DNA from: an uncultured Lentimicrobiaceae bacterium
Lineage (GTDB): Bacteria > Bacteroidota > Bacteroidia > Bacteroidales > DASVHX01
Direction of reading: 5' to 3'
Assembly: GCA_964511085.1 (NCBI GenBank)
Contig: CAZEDO010000001.1
Span: 39,942-103,941, forward strand
Length of the DNA: 64,000 nt
How positions within the stretch are numbered: the stretch's first letter is position 1; every line of letters begins with the position of its first letter. The notes under the pieces were generated by a model that searched no databases, was not told the DNA's origin, and was given only the letters and a program-made list of their open reading frames with translations. The position numbers were made by a program, and so were the translations under genes. This document shows positions 38,229-48,325 of the stretch, piece by piece.

Positions 38229-39306
38229 AGTTCCATGGAATGCTCCGATTGAAGTGGGTTCTGATGAATCCTTGCGCATCGGATGGGAAAGTCCTGCGAA
38301 CATTGCATTCGTAAAGTACTGGGGAAAACATGGTCAGCAATTACCGGCCAATCCATCTGTAAGCCTTACACTCAGCAAATCAATCAGCACCATGGAGCTG
38401 ATTGCTATGCCTACGGAGCAAGGTCATGGACATCTCAAATATTTTTATTTTGAAGGTCAGCCACACCCTGATTTTGCATTACGGTTTGGAACATTTATTC
38501 GTTCACTACATTCAGAATTACCGTTCCTTGCTGATTTTGATCTGATTATCAGCAGTAGCAACAGCTTTCCTCATTCAGCAGGCATTGCCTCTTCCGCTTC
38601 GGGGTTCAGTGCGCTTGCATTGTGCTTATGTACTCTCGAAAATGATTTGCATAAAGATCAAATGGACAAGGAACAATTTCTACAGAAAGCATCCATTGTT
38701 TCGCGGCTGGGATCGGGAAGCGCGAGCCGATCTATCTATGGTGGATTTAGTGTATGGGGGAAAACACAGGTGTATTCCAAATCAGATGATAATTTTGCTG
38801 TTCCGGTTAATGAAACCATTCACCCGGCATTCTCCAAACTGAACGATACAGTTTTATTAATTAGTTCAAACCCAAAAGCAATATCGAGCAGCCAGGGCCA
38901 TAACCTTATGAAAGGCCATCCTTACCGGCAGGCCAGGATAAACCAGGCCAACAGCAATATCCACATTTTATGCGAGGCACTTAGGAAAGGCGATTGGGAT
39001 TCTTTTATTCAGGTTACCGAGTCTGAAGCACTTAGTTTACATGCACTTATGATGAGTTCGTCTCCAGGATTTATATTGATGGAGCCTTCCACTCTTGAAA
39101 TTATAAGCAGAATAAGGGAATACAGAAATCGCAGTTCATGTCCGCTTTGCTTCACTCTGGATGCAGGTCCGAATGTGCATTTGATCTACCACCAGAACGA
39201 CCAGAATGAAATCAGGGAATTTATACAACAGAAATTATCACCACTTTGCGAAAAAGGGAAATACATTGACGATGAAGTCGGAACAGGGCCTAAACGATTG
39301 AAATAA
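38212..39306 (+). CDS. mvaD: Diphosphomevalonate decarboxylase
   Basis: 364 aa with SPANIAFVKYWGK, the GHMP motif SFPHSAGIASSASGFSALA, and GSGSASRS. It overlaps the upstream gene by 17 nt. Confidence 0.9.
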   Translation: MILSSEVPWNAPIEVGSDESLRIGWESPANIAFVKYWGKHGQQLPANPSVSLTLSKSISTMELIAMPTEQGHGHLKYFYFEGQPHPDFALRFGTFIRSLHSELPFLADFDLIISSSNSFPHSAGIASSASGFSALALCLCTLENDLHKDQMDKEQFLQKASIVSRLGSGSASRSIYGGFSVWGKTQVYSKSDDNFAVPVNETIHPAFSKLNDTVLLISSNPKAISSSQGHNLMKGHPYRQARINQANSNIHILCEALRKGDWDSFIQVTESEALSLHALMMSSSPGFILMEPSTLEIISRIREYRNRSSCPLCFTLDAGPNVHLIYHQNDQNEIREFIQQKLSPLCEKGKYIDDEVGTGPKRLK

Positions 39307-39310
39307 AGAA

Positions 39311-40285
39311 ATGAACAAACGAAAAGAAACATTTTACGCTAAAATTCTACTATTCGGAGAATACAGTATCCTCTGCAATTCCATGGGGCTTACTGTTCCT
39401 TATATTCATTTTAAAGGCGAACTTAGTTTCATCAATGAAGATAAATATACGGATTATAATTATGCTGTTCATTCGAACCAGATGTTGGGCGATTTTCATT
39501 CCTGGCTAACAGGAGATGGCTTTCATAAAAATTATTCGTCATTGCTAAAATTGGAAATGCTTGAGCAGGATATCCGCAATGGCCTGTATTTTGATTCTAC
39601 CATACCGCAAGGCTATGGTATTGGCAGTTCTGGCGCACTGGTAGCAGCCACTTATGCCTGGTACGCTACTGACAGGATTCCAAACACATCGCGGATTACA
39701 AAAAATCAGATACAAAAATTACTGTCTTTGTTTTCTTATATGGAAGCCTTTTTCCATGGACAGAGTTCTGGAATTGACCCGCTTAACTGCTATATTAAAC
39801 ATCCGTTGCTGATAAAGTCGCGCAATGATATTTCAATAGTAGGGATTCCACGCAATGAGCAGGATAATAACGGAGCCATTTTTCTTATCAACACAGGAAA
39901 AACAGGAAAGACAGGTCCTCTGGTGAATAAATTTATTCAAAATCTGAAACAGCCTGAATTTGAGAACAGTATCCTAAAGGAACTTATCCCTGTCAATAAT
40001 GAGTGTATCCGTTCCATTATAAAAGGCGACATTGTTTCTCTCTTTAAAAACCTTAAACTTTTATCAGCCTTTTCGCTAAACAACTTCAAAGAGATGATTC
40101 CACGAGGGATTGAGAATGTGTGGAAACAGGGGCTTGACAGCGATACATTTTACCTTAAGCTGTGCGGATCTGGTGGGGGCGGTTTCATATTGGGATTTAC
40201 CAAAAACTATAATGTGACCTTTAACCAACTTTCGGCTTTGCAGATTGAAATGATTCCTGTTTACATGTCCTCCCATCGCAACTAA
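39311..40285 (+). CDS. mvk: Mevalonate kinase (GHMP family)
   Basis: 324 aa with AKILLFGEYSILCNSMGLTVP, PQGYGIGSSGALVAA, and KLCGSGGGGF. The gap to the upstream gene is 4 nt. Confidence 0.8.
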   Translation: MNKRKETFYAKILLFGEYSILCNSMGLTVPYIHFKGELSFINEDKYTDYNYAVHSNQMLGDFHSWLTGDGFHKNYSSLLKLEMLEQDIRNGLYFDSTIPQGYGIGSSGALVAATYAWYATDRIPNTSRITKNQIQKLLSLFSYMEAFFHGQSSGIDPLNCYIKHPLLIKSRNDISIVGIPRNEQDNNGAIFLINTGKTGKTGPLVNKFIQNLKQPEFENSILKELIPVNNECIRSIIKGDIVSLFKNLKLLSAFSLNNFKEMIPRGIENVWKQGLDSDTFYLKLCGSGGGGFILGFTKNYNVTFNQLSALQIEMIPVYMSSHRN

Positions 40286-40367
40286 TTTTCAAATATTCGA
40301 CTTTTTCATAAAGTGTGAAGTAAAAACTGTATAATATTTCTTTAATTTATCTCACTAAATTTGACGT

Positions 40368-42008
40368 ATGTTAAACCAAGGATCATTCTCTGTTTCAGGC
40401 AATATCGTTGATGTTAAAAATCTGTGTGTTTTCAAAGGCACTGTGCATATAACAGATGGCAGGATATCTGCCATAGAACCCGGTCCGGTTGCGGAAGAGC
40501 ACTATATTCTTCCAGGACTCATAGATGCGCATGTGCACATCGAAAGTTCGATGCTTCTCCCTACTGAGTTTGCCCGGCTGGCTGCGGTTCATGGCACTGT
40601 CGCTACTGTTTCCGATCCTCACGAAATTGCCAATGTATTGGGGTCGGAAGGCGTTAAGTTTATGATCAACAACAGCAAGAAATCTCCTTTCAAATTTTAT
40701 TTCGGGGCACCTTCGTGTGTGCCTGCTACACCTTTTGAAACTGCCGGAGCCAGTTTAGATATATCAGAAACAGAAGCACTGCTTGCACTGCCTGATATCT
40801 GGTATCTTTCGGAGATGATGAATTATCCGGGAGTAATATACAAGGATCCGGAGGTAATGGCGAAACTTTCGGCAGCAAAAAAAGCCGGAAAACCAATTGA
40901 TGGACATGCTCCCGGACTTTTTGGTGACAATGCCCGACTTTATGCGCAGGCAGGGATTACTACCGATCATGAATGTTTTACAATTGAAGAAGCACTTGAT
41001 AAAATCCGCTGGGGAATGAAGGTGCTGATAAGGGAGGGCAGTGCTGCACGGAATTTTGATGCATTGCTGCCGCTACTTTCCGAACATTCGTCCGATATAA
41101 TGTTCTGCTCCGATGATAAACACCCTGACGATCTTGTGAAAGGGCATATAAACTTATTGGTAAAAAGGGCGATAGCCGCAGGATATGATCCCCTTCAGAT
41201 TATCCGGGCATGTACGTTTAATCCTGTGAAACATTACAAATTAGACACAGGGCTGCTTCACCCAGGCGATGATGCCGATTTTATTGTTGCTGACAACCTT
41301 TCAGATTTTAATGTTTTAGCTACTTATATCAGGGGCAGGAAAGTAGCTGAAAATGGATATACGCTGATACAAAGCGTTACAGAAGAAACTCCTAATAAAT
41401 TTTTTGCCCGTGCCATTAGCGAACAGGATATTACTATTAAATCCAGCCCAGGAACTATCAAGGTTCAGAAAGCTCTGGAAGGGCAACTCATTACAGAAGT
41501 TTTGCATGTTAAACCTTTGATGACAGATGGATGCGTAACAAGCGATATAGGACGGGACATTTTAAAAATGATAGTAATGAACCGCTACGCCCCTATGCTC
41601 CCTGCAATAGGCTTTATTCATGGATTTGGCCTGAAACATGGCGCCATAGCATCAACTGTAGCTCACGACAGTCACAATATTATTGCTGTGGGTGCTTCAG
41701 ATAAAGACATAGTTAATGCGGTTAGCCTGCTAGTGAAAAATAAAGGAGGGATCGCTTTTTCGGATGGGGGAAAATCCTGTATTCTTCCACTTCCGGTTGC
41801 CGGATTAATGTCCAACCTGGACGGATATGAAGTGGCACATAAATACGAAGAAATCCATAAACTGGCTAAGTCGCTTGGGAGCCAACTCGCTGCGCCGTAT
41901 ATGACTCTATCTTTTATGGCTCTACTTGTAATCCCTGCTCTTAAACTAAGCGACAAGGGTCTTTTTGACGGCCGAACCTTTAAATTTACATCTCTTTTGG
42001 AAAACTAA
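40368..42008 (+). CDS. ade: Adenine deaminase
   Basis: 546 aa with ILPGLIDAHVHIESSML and DGHAPG. The C-terminal domain typical of Ade is present (VAHDSHNIIAVGASD). Confidence 0.85.
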   Translation: MLNQGSFSVSGNIVDVKNLCVFKGTVHITDGRISAIEPGPVAEEHYILPGLIDAHVHIESSMLLPTEFARLAAVHGTVATVSDPHEIANVLGSEGVKFMINNSKKSPFKFYFGAPSCVPATPFETAGASLDISETEALLALPDIWYLSEMMNYPGVIYKDPEVMAKLSAAKKAGKPIDGHAPGLFGDNARLYAQAGITTDHECFTIEEALDKIRWGMKVLIREGSAARNFDALLPLLSEHSSDIMFCSDDKHPDDLVKGHINLLVKRAIAAGYDPLQIIRACTFNPVKHYKLDTGLLHPGDDADFIVADNLSDFNVLATYIRGRKVAENGYTLIQSVTEETPNKFFARAISEQDITIKSSPGTIKVQKALEGQLITEVLHVKPLMTDGCVTSDIGRDILKMIVMNRYAPMLPAIGFIHGFGLKHGAIASTVAHDSHNIIAVGASDKDIVNAVSLLVKNKGGIAFSDGGKSCILPLPVAGLMSNLDGYEVAHKYEEIHKLAKSLGSQLAAPYMTLSFMALLVIPALKLSDKGLFDGRTFKFTSLLEN

Positions 42009-42051
42009 TTATATAAATATACATATTTACCTGTATGTGATGTTGATTTTA

Positions 42052-42059
42052 TATATTTG
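42052..42059 (+). promoter_or_regulatory. -7 box (TAnnTTTG) immediately upstream of the ArsR-family gene
   Basis: TATATTTG ends 12 nt before the ATG at 42072, which implies a very short leader. Confidence 0.35.
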
Positions 42060-42071
42060 CAAAAAAAAATT

Positions 42072-42374
42072 ATGACAGATCTGGAATTAGACATTGTAAA
42101 ATTAGAAGCTGCTGCCAGTAAACTAAGGGCTATGGCTCACCCAATGCGTATAGCTATCATTGATCTTTTGAATAATCAAAAGAAATTGAGCGTAACTGAA
42201 ATATACGAACATCTTAATATTGAACAGGCTGCTGCATCACATCACCTGAATATTCTCAAAGGAAAAGGCATCCTGGGGTCAAAACGCGATGGAAAGCAAA
42301 TCCATTACTCGTTAAAAAACAGCACACTTACTGATATCATCCATTGCATCAACAGGTGCAATGATGCAGAATAA
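42072..42374 (+). CDS. ArsR/SmtB-family winged-helix transcriptional regulator
   Basis: The start is set to ATG 42072, because the longer TTG start would lie inside the -7 box. Motifs are LRAMAHPMRIAIIDLL...LSVTEIYEHLNIEQAAASHHLNILKGKGIL. A C-terminal CxxxC-like CINRC is present. Confidence 0.8.
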   Translation: MTDLELDIVKLEAAASKLRAMAHPMRIAIIDLLNNQKKLSVTEIYEHLNIEQAAASHHLNILKGKGILGSKRDGKQIHYSLKNSTLTDIIHCINRCNDAE

Positions 42375-42400
42375 TCGCGGAGTAATCTGTTTAAGCTTTA

Positions 42401-44086
42401 TTAAGGAATGGCAATTTTGAGCTGCCATTCCTCCTCCTGCTCCCAATTGGCACGGAGATCTATTACTGTTTTATAGTTAATTACCATTTCAGGTTGAAGA
42501 TGACCAAGGTAGTTGCCGGTATCCCATTTCCCATTATGGTTTTTGTCAACAATTGCTTTTAATTTGTATTTCCCAGGTAGAAGAAAAGAAAAAGTTAGTT
42601 TTTTATCCGAATCTATCCTTTCCTCCTTCACTAATTTCCCTGCTTCTGTAAATAATTGTATCACATAAGGCTGGGCATCAGTCACCTTTACATTCATAAT
42701 CAAACTTCCATAATCCGAAAGTAAGCGGGTATTAAATTGCATTTTGATCGAATCATTCAGGTGACCGTATATATCCTCAAAAGCAGAATCGGGTACGATC
42801 AACTGATATTTTTTGCCTTCAACAAGTAATCTGTTGACAGTGATGCGGTGGTTTAAATTATCGGAAAACATTGCTCCCGGAAACAAAGTATCAACTCCTT
42901 CCACTAACATAATTGATTTAAAATCGGCTTTGGCCAGCGGATTTCCTGCCAAAAGGACAAATGGTGAGTTCAATGGGAAATTTCCCTGGCGGGGCGCATT
43001 GGAGCGGATCTGAAGCTTTTCCACAACCCCTTCGCGTTGTACCTTCCTTGATTCTTTTGTTTTGAACTCAAGTGATATGTTGATAGTATCAATCACCTGA
43101 CTGCCATCGTTCACCACAAAACGAAGTGAATCACCCGAAATATTCTTTAACCAGCAATTCAACGTATCACCGGTTGTGTTGCTCTCCAACAGATACCAAT
43201 CGTTCTTAATATCTTTACCGGGAACACTAAGTAATGGTTTCTTAACACCTAACTTAAATGAAAGCAACAGATGATTCGGCGCCACAAGGGAGGCCTTCAA
43301 AACACGCTGAACGGAATCGCTTTCACGAAAAAATGCCAAAGACGGAATCTTAACATTCTTCTCTTCAACAACAATGGTTTTTCCAACGCTGTCGTGTTTT
43401 GGAATCTCCGGCTTGTTAGCCGTAATCAAAGAATCGGTGAAAGCAATAGACTCTCCCCGGTCGTAAAGATAATTACCATTTAAATCTTCAAGCACAATCA
43501 TTTTAAAATGCCCTTCCCTTAGATTTCCAATCCTGAAACCTCCATCTGCATTTATACGACTAAGATAAAATGGACGGCTGAGATAAGGCAATGAATCGTT
43601 ATTTTTATCATACAGCATTGCCAGTGCTTCTTTTGGTGGCTGAAGGTCAAATGCCTGGTACACTTTACCTGCTATTTCGAGGGAATCGAGTTGATTTCCA
43701 GTCGAAAAAACAAACGAATAATCTGTAAGTGCATTCCCCTCGGTTAAGTCGGTAATGGCACTTCCAAAAAATATATTATAAGTTGCCTCTTTTTGAAGGG
43801 GCTCTTCAAACGATATAATGAGAGATTTGCCACGAATCTTAAATTTTGGTGCTTTTTCTACTGGCGGGGAAATAAGCACCTGCTTGTCAATGTCCTTAAG
43901 CGTGATGAACTCGTTAAACGTGATTATAATACGCTGATCTTTGAATCCGGTCGAAAAATTTTCAGGTGTAGATCCCAGCGGAACCGGAGGAGTAACATCT
44001 TTCTCTCCTCCCGAAATGGGTGATTGCACGGCACAGGAAGACAATACTATCACAAAGGCTAAAAAAACTACACTTGTCCAACGCAT
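42401..44086 (-). CDS. Ig-like (SbsA/Big_5-type) domain lipoprotein
   Basis: The start is set at the internal ATG (MRWTSVVFLAFVIVLSSC, a lipobox). The N-terminal segment GGEKDVTPPVPLGSTPENFSTGF is typical of Ig-like-domain lipoproteins of Bacteroidota. No catalytic motif was seen. Confidence 0.6.
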   Translation of the reverse strand: MRWTSVVFLAFVIVLSSCAVQSPISGGEKDVTPPVPLGSTPENFSTGFKDQRIIITFNEFITLKDIDKQVLISPPVEKAPKFKIRGKSLIISFEEPLQKEATYNIFFGSAITDLTEGNALTDYSFVFSTGNQLDSLEIAGKVYQAFDLQPPKEALAMLYDKNNDSLPYLSRPFYLSRINADGGFRIGNLREGHFKMIVLEDLNGNYLYDRGESIAFTDSLITANKPEIPKHDSVGKTIVVEEKNVKIPSLAFFRESDSVQRVLKASLVAPNHLLLSFKLGVKKPLLSVPGKDIKNDWYLLESNTTGDTLNCWLKNISGDSLRFVVNDGSQVIDTINISLEFKTKESRKVQREGVVEKLQIRSNAPRQGNFPLNSPFVLLAGNPLAKADFKSIMLVEGVDTLFPGAMFSDNLNHRITVNRLLVEGKKYQLIVPDSAFEDIYGHLNDSIKMQFNTRLLSDYGSLIMNVKVTDAQPYVIQLFTEAGKLVKEERIDSDKKLTFSFLLPGKYKLKAIVDKNHNGKWDTGNYLGHLQPEMVINYKTVIDLRANWEQEEEWQLKIAIP

Positions 44087-44223
44087 ATTAAATGGTGTGT
44101 TGGTATTTAACAATATTTTGTCAGAGATCATTTATGCAAAGATGAGGAAAAATACAGTTGTAGAAATGGTCAACATTGACAATAGGTGGTTTTATGACTA
44201 CTTTTAACACAAATTATGCTGGC

Positions 44224-46155
44224 ATGAAAACGAACATATTAGCCCTATTATTACTATTCCTGCGGCTGACAGCTGCCGGACAGGAAAGAAGTATTTCTTT
44301 AATAAACCCTTCCATTGGATTGGCTGAACAGTGGAGCGCATCTGCTATTCTCAAACACACCGGCTCTTTTACTGGCCAAAACTACGATCTTAAATACCTG
44401 CGCCTGGAGTGGCTAATAGACCCGGATACCTTATTCATACGCGGGGTGGTTACTTCGCACATGATAATTAAAGAACCATTCGCTAATTTGATTGAATTTG
44501 ACCTTACAGATAGTTTAACAGTAGATTCGGTAATCCATGGCGGACAACATTCAGAATTTGATCATAAGAAAGGGATTCTATCGGTGCATACTGGTGTTGC
44601 CATTCCGGCAGGAACGCTCGATTCAATAAAAATATTTTACCATGGGCCTCCTGTACAAGGGGTTGGTTTTGGTTCGTTTAAAAAGGGACAACACCAGGGA
44701 GTTCCTATTATCTATACACTTTCGGAGCCTTTTGGTGCCAGTGATTGGTGGCCATGCAAAAATGATCTTTCTGACAAAATTGATTCCCTTGATATATTCA
44801 TTGTTTCACCATCAGCTTATCGGGCAGCCACAAATGGCATGCACATCAGCGAGAAGGTCCAGGGGAATTTCAGAACATGTCATTGGAAACACCGTTACTC
44901 GATAGCCTCTTATCTGATTGGAGTTGCTGTTACTAATTATTCTTCCTTTTCTATTTATGTTCCACGTGAAGGGGATCCCCTGCAGGTCTTAAACTATGTT
45001 TTCCCGGAGGATTCTGCTTTTGCCCAAGCACAGTTATCTCAGGTTATCCCGATTATGCAGCTGTTCGAGAATCTTTTTACGCCATATCCTTTCGTGAAAG
45101 AAAGATATGGTCATGCCCAATGGAACCAGGGCGGAGGCATGGAACACCAAACTATGACTTTTCTAGCAGGCGATTTTGGCTTTGAACTCATTTCGCATGA
45201 GTTGTCGCACTCATGGTTTGGAAATAAAATAACCTGTGCCTCATGGCATGATATATGGCTGAACGAAGGATTTGCAACTTATTGCGATGCAATTAGCATG
45301 GAGCATCTGTCGCAATATTGGTGGCCCAGGTGGAAAAGTCAGACCATTTCCTATGTCACTTCACAGCCAGGTGGATCTGTTTATGTAGAAGACACTACAT
45401 CGGTAGCAAGGATTTTTGACGGACGATTATCTTACTATAAAGGAGCGCTCATTTTACATTCTCTTCGCTGGGTTATGGGTGATTCAATCTTTTACAGCGC
45501 TCTCCGCAATTACGTTAACGATTCTACGATTGGTTACGGATACGCTCATGTTTCCGATTTGAAACGCAACCTGGAAGCAGCTTACGGACACGATCTCACC
45601 TGGTTTTTCAAAGACTGGTATTATGGGGAAGGCTATCCATCTTATACAATAAATTACTCCCAGGAACCTGCAGGGGTAGTGCAGATGTCCATAAAGCAAA
45701 CACAATCGCATTCCTCAGTTGATTTCTTTGAAATGCCCGTTCCATTGAAGTTCTTTGGGGAAGGAAAAGACACCACACTTGTATTTGACAATTCTTCTTC
45801 AGGTCAAAATTTTACTGTGAATCCAGGTTTTGCAATTGATTCCATACAATTCGACCCTGAGCAATGGCTTATTTCTGCACATAATACCATCGCACTAGGA
45901 ATAAAAGAACCTGAAATAAAGTCTTTCACTGTTTTCCCTAACCCGGCACATGATTTTATCGCTATCGGGAATAGTACTGCCGGATTTATAAAGGCCGAAG
46001 CAATATCCCCGGATGGCCGCATACAGAAATTAGAACAGGTTGGGCAGTCAGGCCTTGGCACAACCTTTGACATTACCGGCTTGACTGCCGGAATGTATAT
46101 TCTGCGGCTGCAGGTGGGGAAGGTTATTATGAATCGGAAATTGATGGTGTACTGA
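44224..46155 (+). CDS. M1-family zinc metallopeptidase (aminopeptidase N-like) with a T9SS C-terminal sorting domain
   Basis: The protein carries GGMEHQT (the GxMEN-type exopeptidase box), the HEXXH motif in ISHELSHSWFGN, and WLNEGFA. The C-terminus reads FTVFPNPAHDFIAI...GMYILRLQVGKVIMNRKLMV. The start is set to MKTNILALLLLFL. Confidence 0.85.
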   Translation: MKTNILALLLLFLRLTAAGQERSISLINPSIGLAEQWSASAILKHTGSFTGQNYDLKYLRLEWLIDPDTLFIRGVVTSHMIIKEPFANLIEFDLTDSLTVDSVIHGGQHSEFDHKKGILSVHTGVAIPAGTLDSIKIFYHGPPVQGVGFGSFKKGQHQGVPIIYTLSEPFGASDWWPCKNDLSDKIDSLDIFIVSPSAYRAATNGMHISEKVQGNFRTCHWKHRYSIASYLIGVAVTNYSSFSIYVPREGDPLQVLNYVFPEDSAFAQAQLSQVIPIMQLFENLFTPYPFVKERYGHAQWNQGGGMEHQTMTFLAGDFGFELISHELSHSWFGNKITCASWHDIWLNEGFATYCDAISMEHLSQYWWPRWKSQTISYVTSQPGGSVYVEDTTSVARIFDGRLSYYKGALILHSLRWVMGDSIFYSALRNYVNDSTIGYGYAHVSDLKRNLEAAYGHDLTWFFKDWYYGEGYPSYTINYSQEPAGVVQMSIKQTQSHSSVDFFEMPVPLKFFGEGKDTTLVFDNSSSGQNFTVNPGFAIDSIQFDPEQWLISAHNTIALGIKEPEIKSFTVFPNPAHDFIAIGNSTAGFIKAEAISPDGRIQKLEQVGQSGLGTTFDITGLTAGMYILRLQVGKVIMNRKLMVY

Positions 46156-46305
46156 GTAATTGCAATCAATTATAGTCAGCAAAAGACTGATACAGATTAC
46201 AAGGTTTAGTATTGAATCTTTCATGACCTGGTTATATTTTAAAATTTCCGATAATAACTTGGAGAATTACGGTATTTTTATTCCCCGAAATTTAATCCAT
46301 TCCCA

Positions 46306-47520
46306 ATGAAAAAAACTTACTTTTCAGTATTAGTCTTTCTGGTCTTTTCATTTAGCTTTATTAGCAAAGTTAGTTCACAAACGCAAGCTGTTATGTATTC
46401 TCCGGAAATACAGGCATTGGTTGACGATGTTGAAATAGATACGATGTGGACAAAGCTTGCTTATCTTCAAACACAAGAAAGGTACACGACAAATGGCGGT
46501 TCGCTTGCAACGGCAAACTATCTAAAATCTTATATGAAGACGATGGGATTCGATTCGGTATATTTTCAAAACTATACCATTATTGGAAGTTTTTTTGTTT
46601 CACCAAATATAATCGGTATTAAATTCGGCATGGAAAATCCCGATTCAATATTTTTAGCCTGTGCGCATTGGGATGCTTACACCAGTATGGCTCCCGGTGC
46701 TGATGATAATGGTTCCGGAACTGTTTCCGTATTGGAATCAGCCAGAGTATTACTTCAACAAAACTACAGCAAAACCTTGAAATTCTGTTTGTTTTCCGGC
46801 GAAGAAGAAGGGCTTTACGGCAGTACAAAATATGTGCAGGTTTCTGCCGGTGATAAAATCGGCGCTGCATTAAACCTTGATATGGTTTCGTACCAGCAAC
46901 CTGGATATAATTTAAGAATTGGTGTTTTCCCTAAAGATGGTGAATTATCGCTTTATAATAAAGTTAAAGCCCTGCAGCAATCATATGTGCCGGGCATTGA
47001 AATTGGCAAAGAAAACGGTTGTCCCTACGAATGTACTGATGTCTATCCCTTTTGGGCTGCCGGATATGACGGATTGTTCTTTTTTGAAAGCAGCGATTTT
47101 GGTTATCATGAAACTCCTTATTATCACACGCCCAACGATGTGGTGAATACTTCAGCCAACTCCCAGCCAAAACTTGAACTTACAACTAAACTCATAGTGG
47201 CCAGCCTTGCTTCATGGGCGGAAATTTTTACATCAACCGGCATTATTCAACAGAATTCAATCCAAGCTACAAGCAACTATCCAAATCCATTTAGTAATAC
47301 AACTAAAATATCTTTCCAGCTTAGCAAAAATGCCAACATTACTTTAAGCGTTACGGATATTACGGGAAAAGTAATTGCAAAACTGATAGATAACGAATTC
47401 AAATCCAAAGGTGTTTATCAGATTCCATTCGATGCATCTTTTATGAAAGATGGTATGTATTTATATAATTTAAGCTCAACTGATGGATGCATCACGCGGA
47501 AGATGATTTGCATCCATTGA
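46306..47520 (+). CDS. M28-family peptidase with a T9SS C-terminal sorting domain
   Basis: 404 aa with a signal peptide. M28 metal ligands lie in ACAHWDAY, GADDNGSGT, SGEEEGLYGS, and LNLDM. The C-terminus reads SNYPNPFSNTTKISFQL...GMYLYNL. Confidence 0.85.
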   Translation: MKKTYFSVLVFLVFSFSFISKVSSQTQAVMYSPEIQALVDDVEIDTMWTKLAYLQTQERYTTNGGSLATANYLKSYMKTMGFDSVYFQNYTIIGSFFVSPNIIGIKFGMENPDSIFLACAHWDAYTSMAPGADDNGSGTVSVLESARVLLQQNYSKTLKFCLFSGEEEGLYGSTKYVQVSAGDKIGAALNLDMVSYQQPGYNLRIGVFPKDGELSLYNKVKALQQSYVPGIEIGKENGCPYECTDVYPFWAAGYDGLFFFESSDFGYHETPYYHTPNDVVNTSANSQPKLELTTKLIVASLASWAEIFTSTGIIQQNSIQATSNYPNPFSNTTKISFQLSKNANITLSVTDITGKVIAKLIDNEFKSKGVYQIPFDASFMKDGMYLYNLSSTDGCITRKMICIH

Positions 47521-47594
47521 CTATTCTGATTTTAAGAACGAAGATGCCTGCGTATTATTGAACATCGGGATAGCGCAATATAAAAGAAAAGCAT

Positions 47595-48209
47595 CTAAAT
47601 TATAGTTCCAAATTCAGCTCCCATTGATTTGAAATGCTCCAGGAACAGGGGAAGTGAATACAACATATTCCTGCTTGCTTTTATACTGTCGTGAAAAACA
47701 ACGATTGAACCTGGTTGTGTATGCCTTATTGCGTTCTCTAAACATTGCCCTGGAGATAAGGTCCTGTCGAAATCTCCTGTCAGCACCGTCCACATTATAA
47801 TTTGATATTTCCTCCGTAACTGTTGAATAAGCCAGGGAGTCAGTTGCCCATGTGGTGGCCGGAACAAACTGCTGTTGATTAGTTGCCGGCTTGCTTCTAC
47901 ATTACGTAAATACTCGCCAGCCGGGGTTTTCCATGCCTGTAAGTGATTGAATGTATGATTCCCTACAGCATGGCCGGCAGCTTTTATTTCATTAAATAAT
48001 TCCGGATGTTTGCTTACATTTTCGCCAACACAAAAAAAAGTAGCTTTTACACCAAACATCTTAAGGATCAGCAGAACCTCCGGTGTGACTTCAGGTACCG
48101 GCCCGTCATCGAAAGTGAGGTAAATTTTTCGATCGCCGGACGGCATGTCCCAGGTAAGCCAATTGCGGGTTAGCTGCGTTAATATGGTTGGTGGTTTTTT
48201 GAAGTACAT
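47595..48209 (-). CDS. Polysaccharide deacetylase (NodB homology, CE4)
   Basis: 204 aa with canonical motifs YLTFDDGP, GNHTFNH, and LFRPPHG. Confidence 0.85.
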   Translation of the reverse strand: MYFKKPPTILTQLTRNWLTWDMPSGDRKIYLTFDDGPVPEVTPEVLLILKMFGVKATFFCVGENVSKHPELFNEIKAAGHAVGNHTFNHLQAWKTPAGEYLRNVEASRQLINSSLFRPPHGQLTPWLIQQLRRKYQIIMWTVLTGDFDRTLSPGQCLENAIRHTQPGSIVVFHDSIKASRNMLYSLPLFLEHFKSMGAEFGTII

Positions 48210-48225
48210 AGCTACTCAAAATTAA

Positions 48226-48325
48226 CCGCAGAGAACGCGGAGGTTCTCGCAGAGAACTGCAGAGCTAAAATAATCTTCTCAGCGACTCTATGCTTCTTCT
48301 CTGCAAAATCTGCGTTTATTCTGCA
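48226..48325. repeat. Intergenic inverted heptamer-cluster element (GCAGAGA x3 against TCTGC x3)
   Basis: The left arm has cgcagagaac (48227-48236), cgcagagaac (48248-48257) and tgcagag (48258-48264), with an internal hairpin gagaac-gcggag-gttctc. The right arm has ttctctgc (48297-48304), atctgcg and ttctgca. It lies 17 nt upstream of the deacetylase start codon on the minus strand. Confidence 0.6.
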
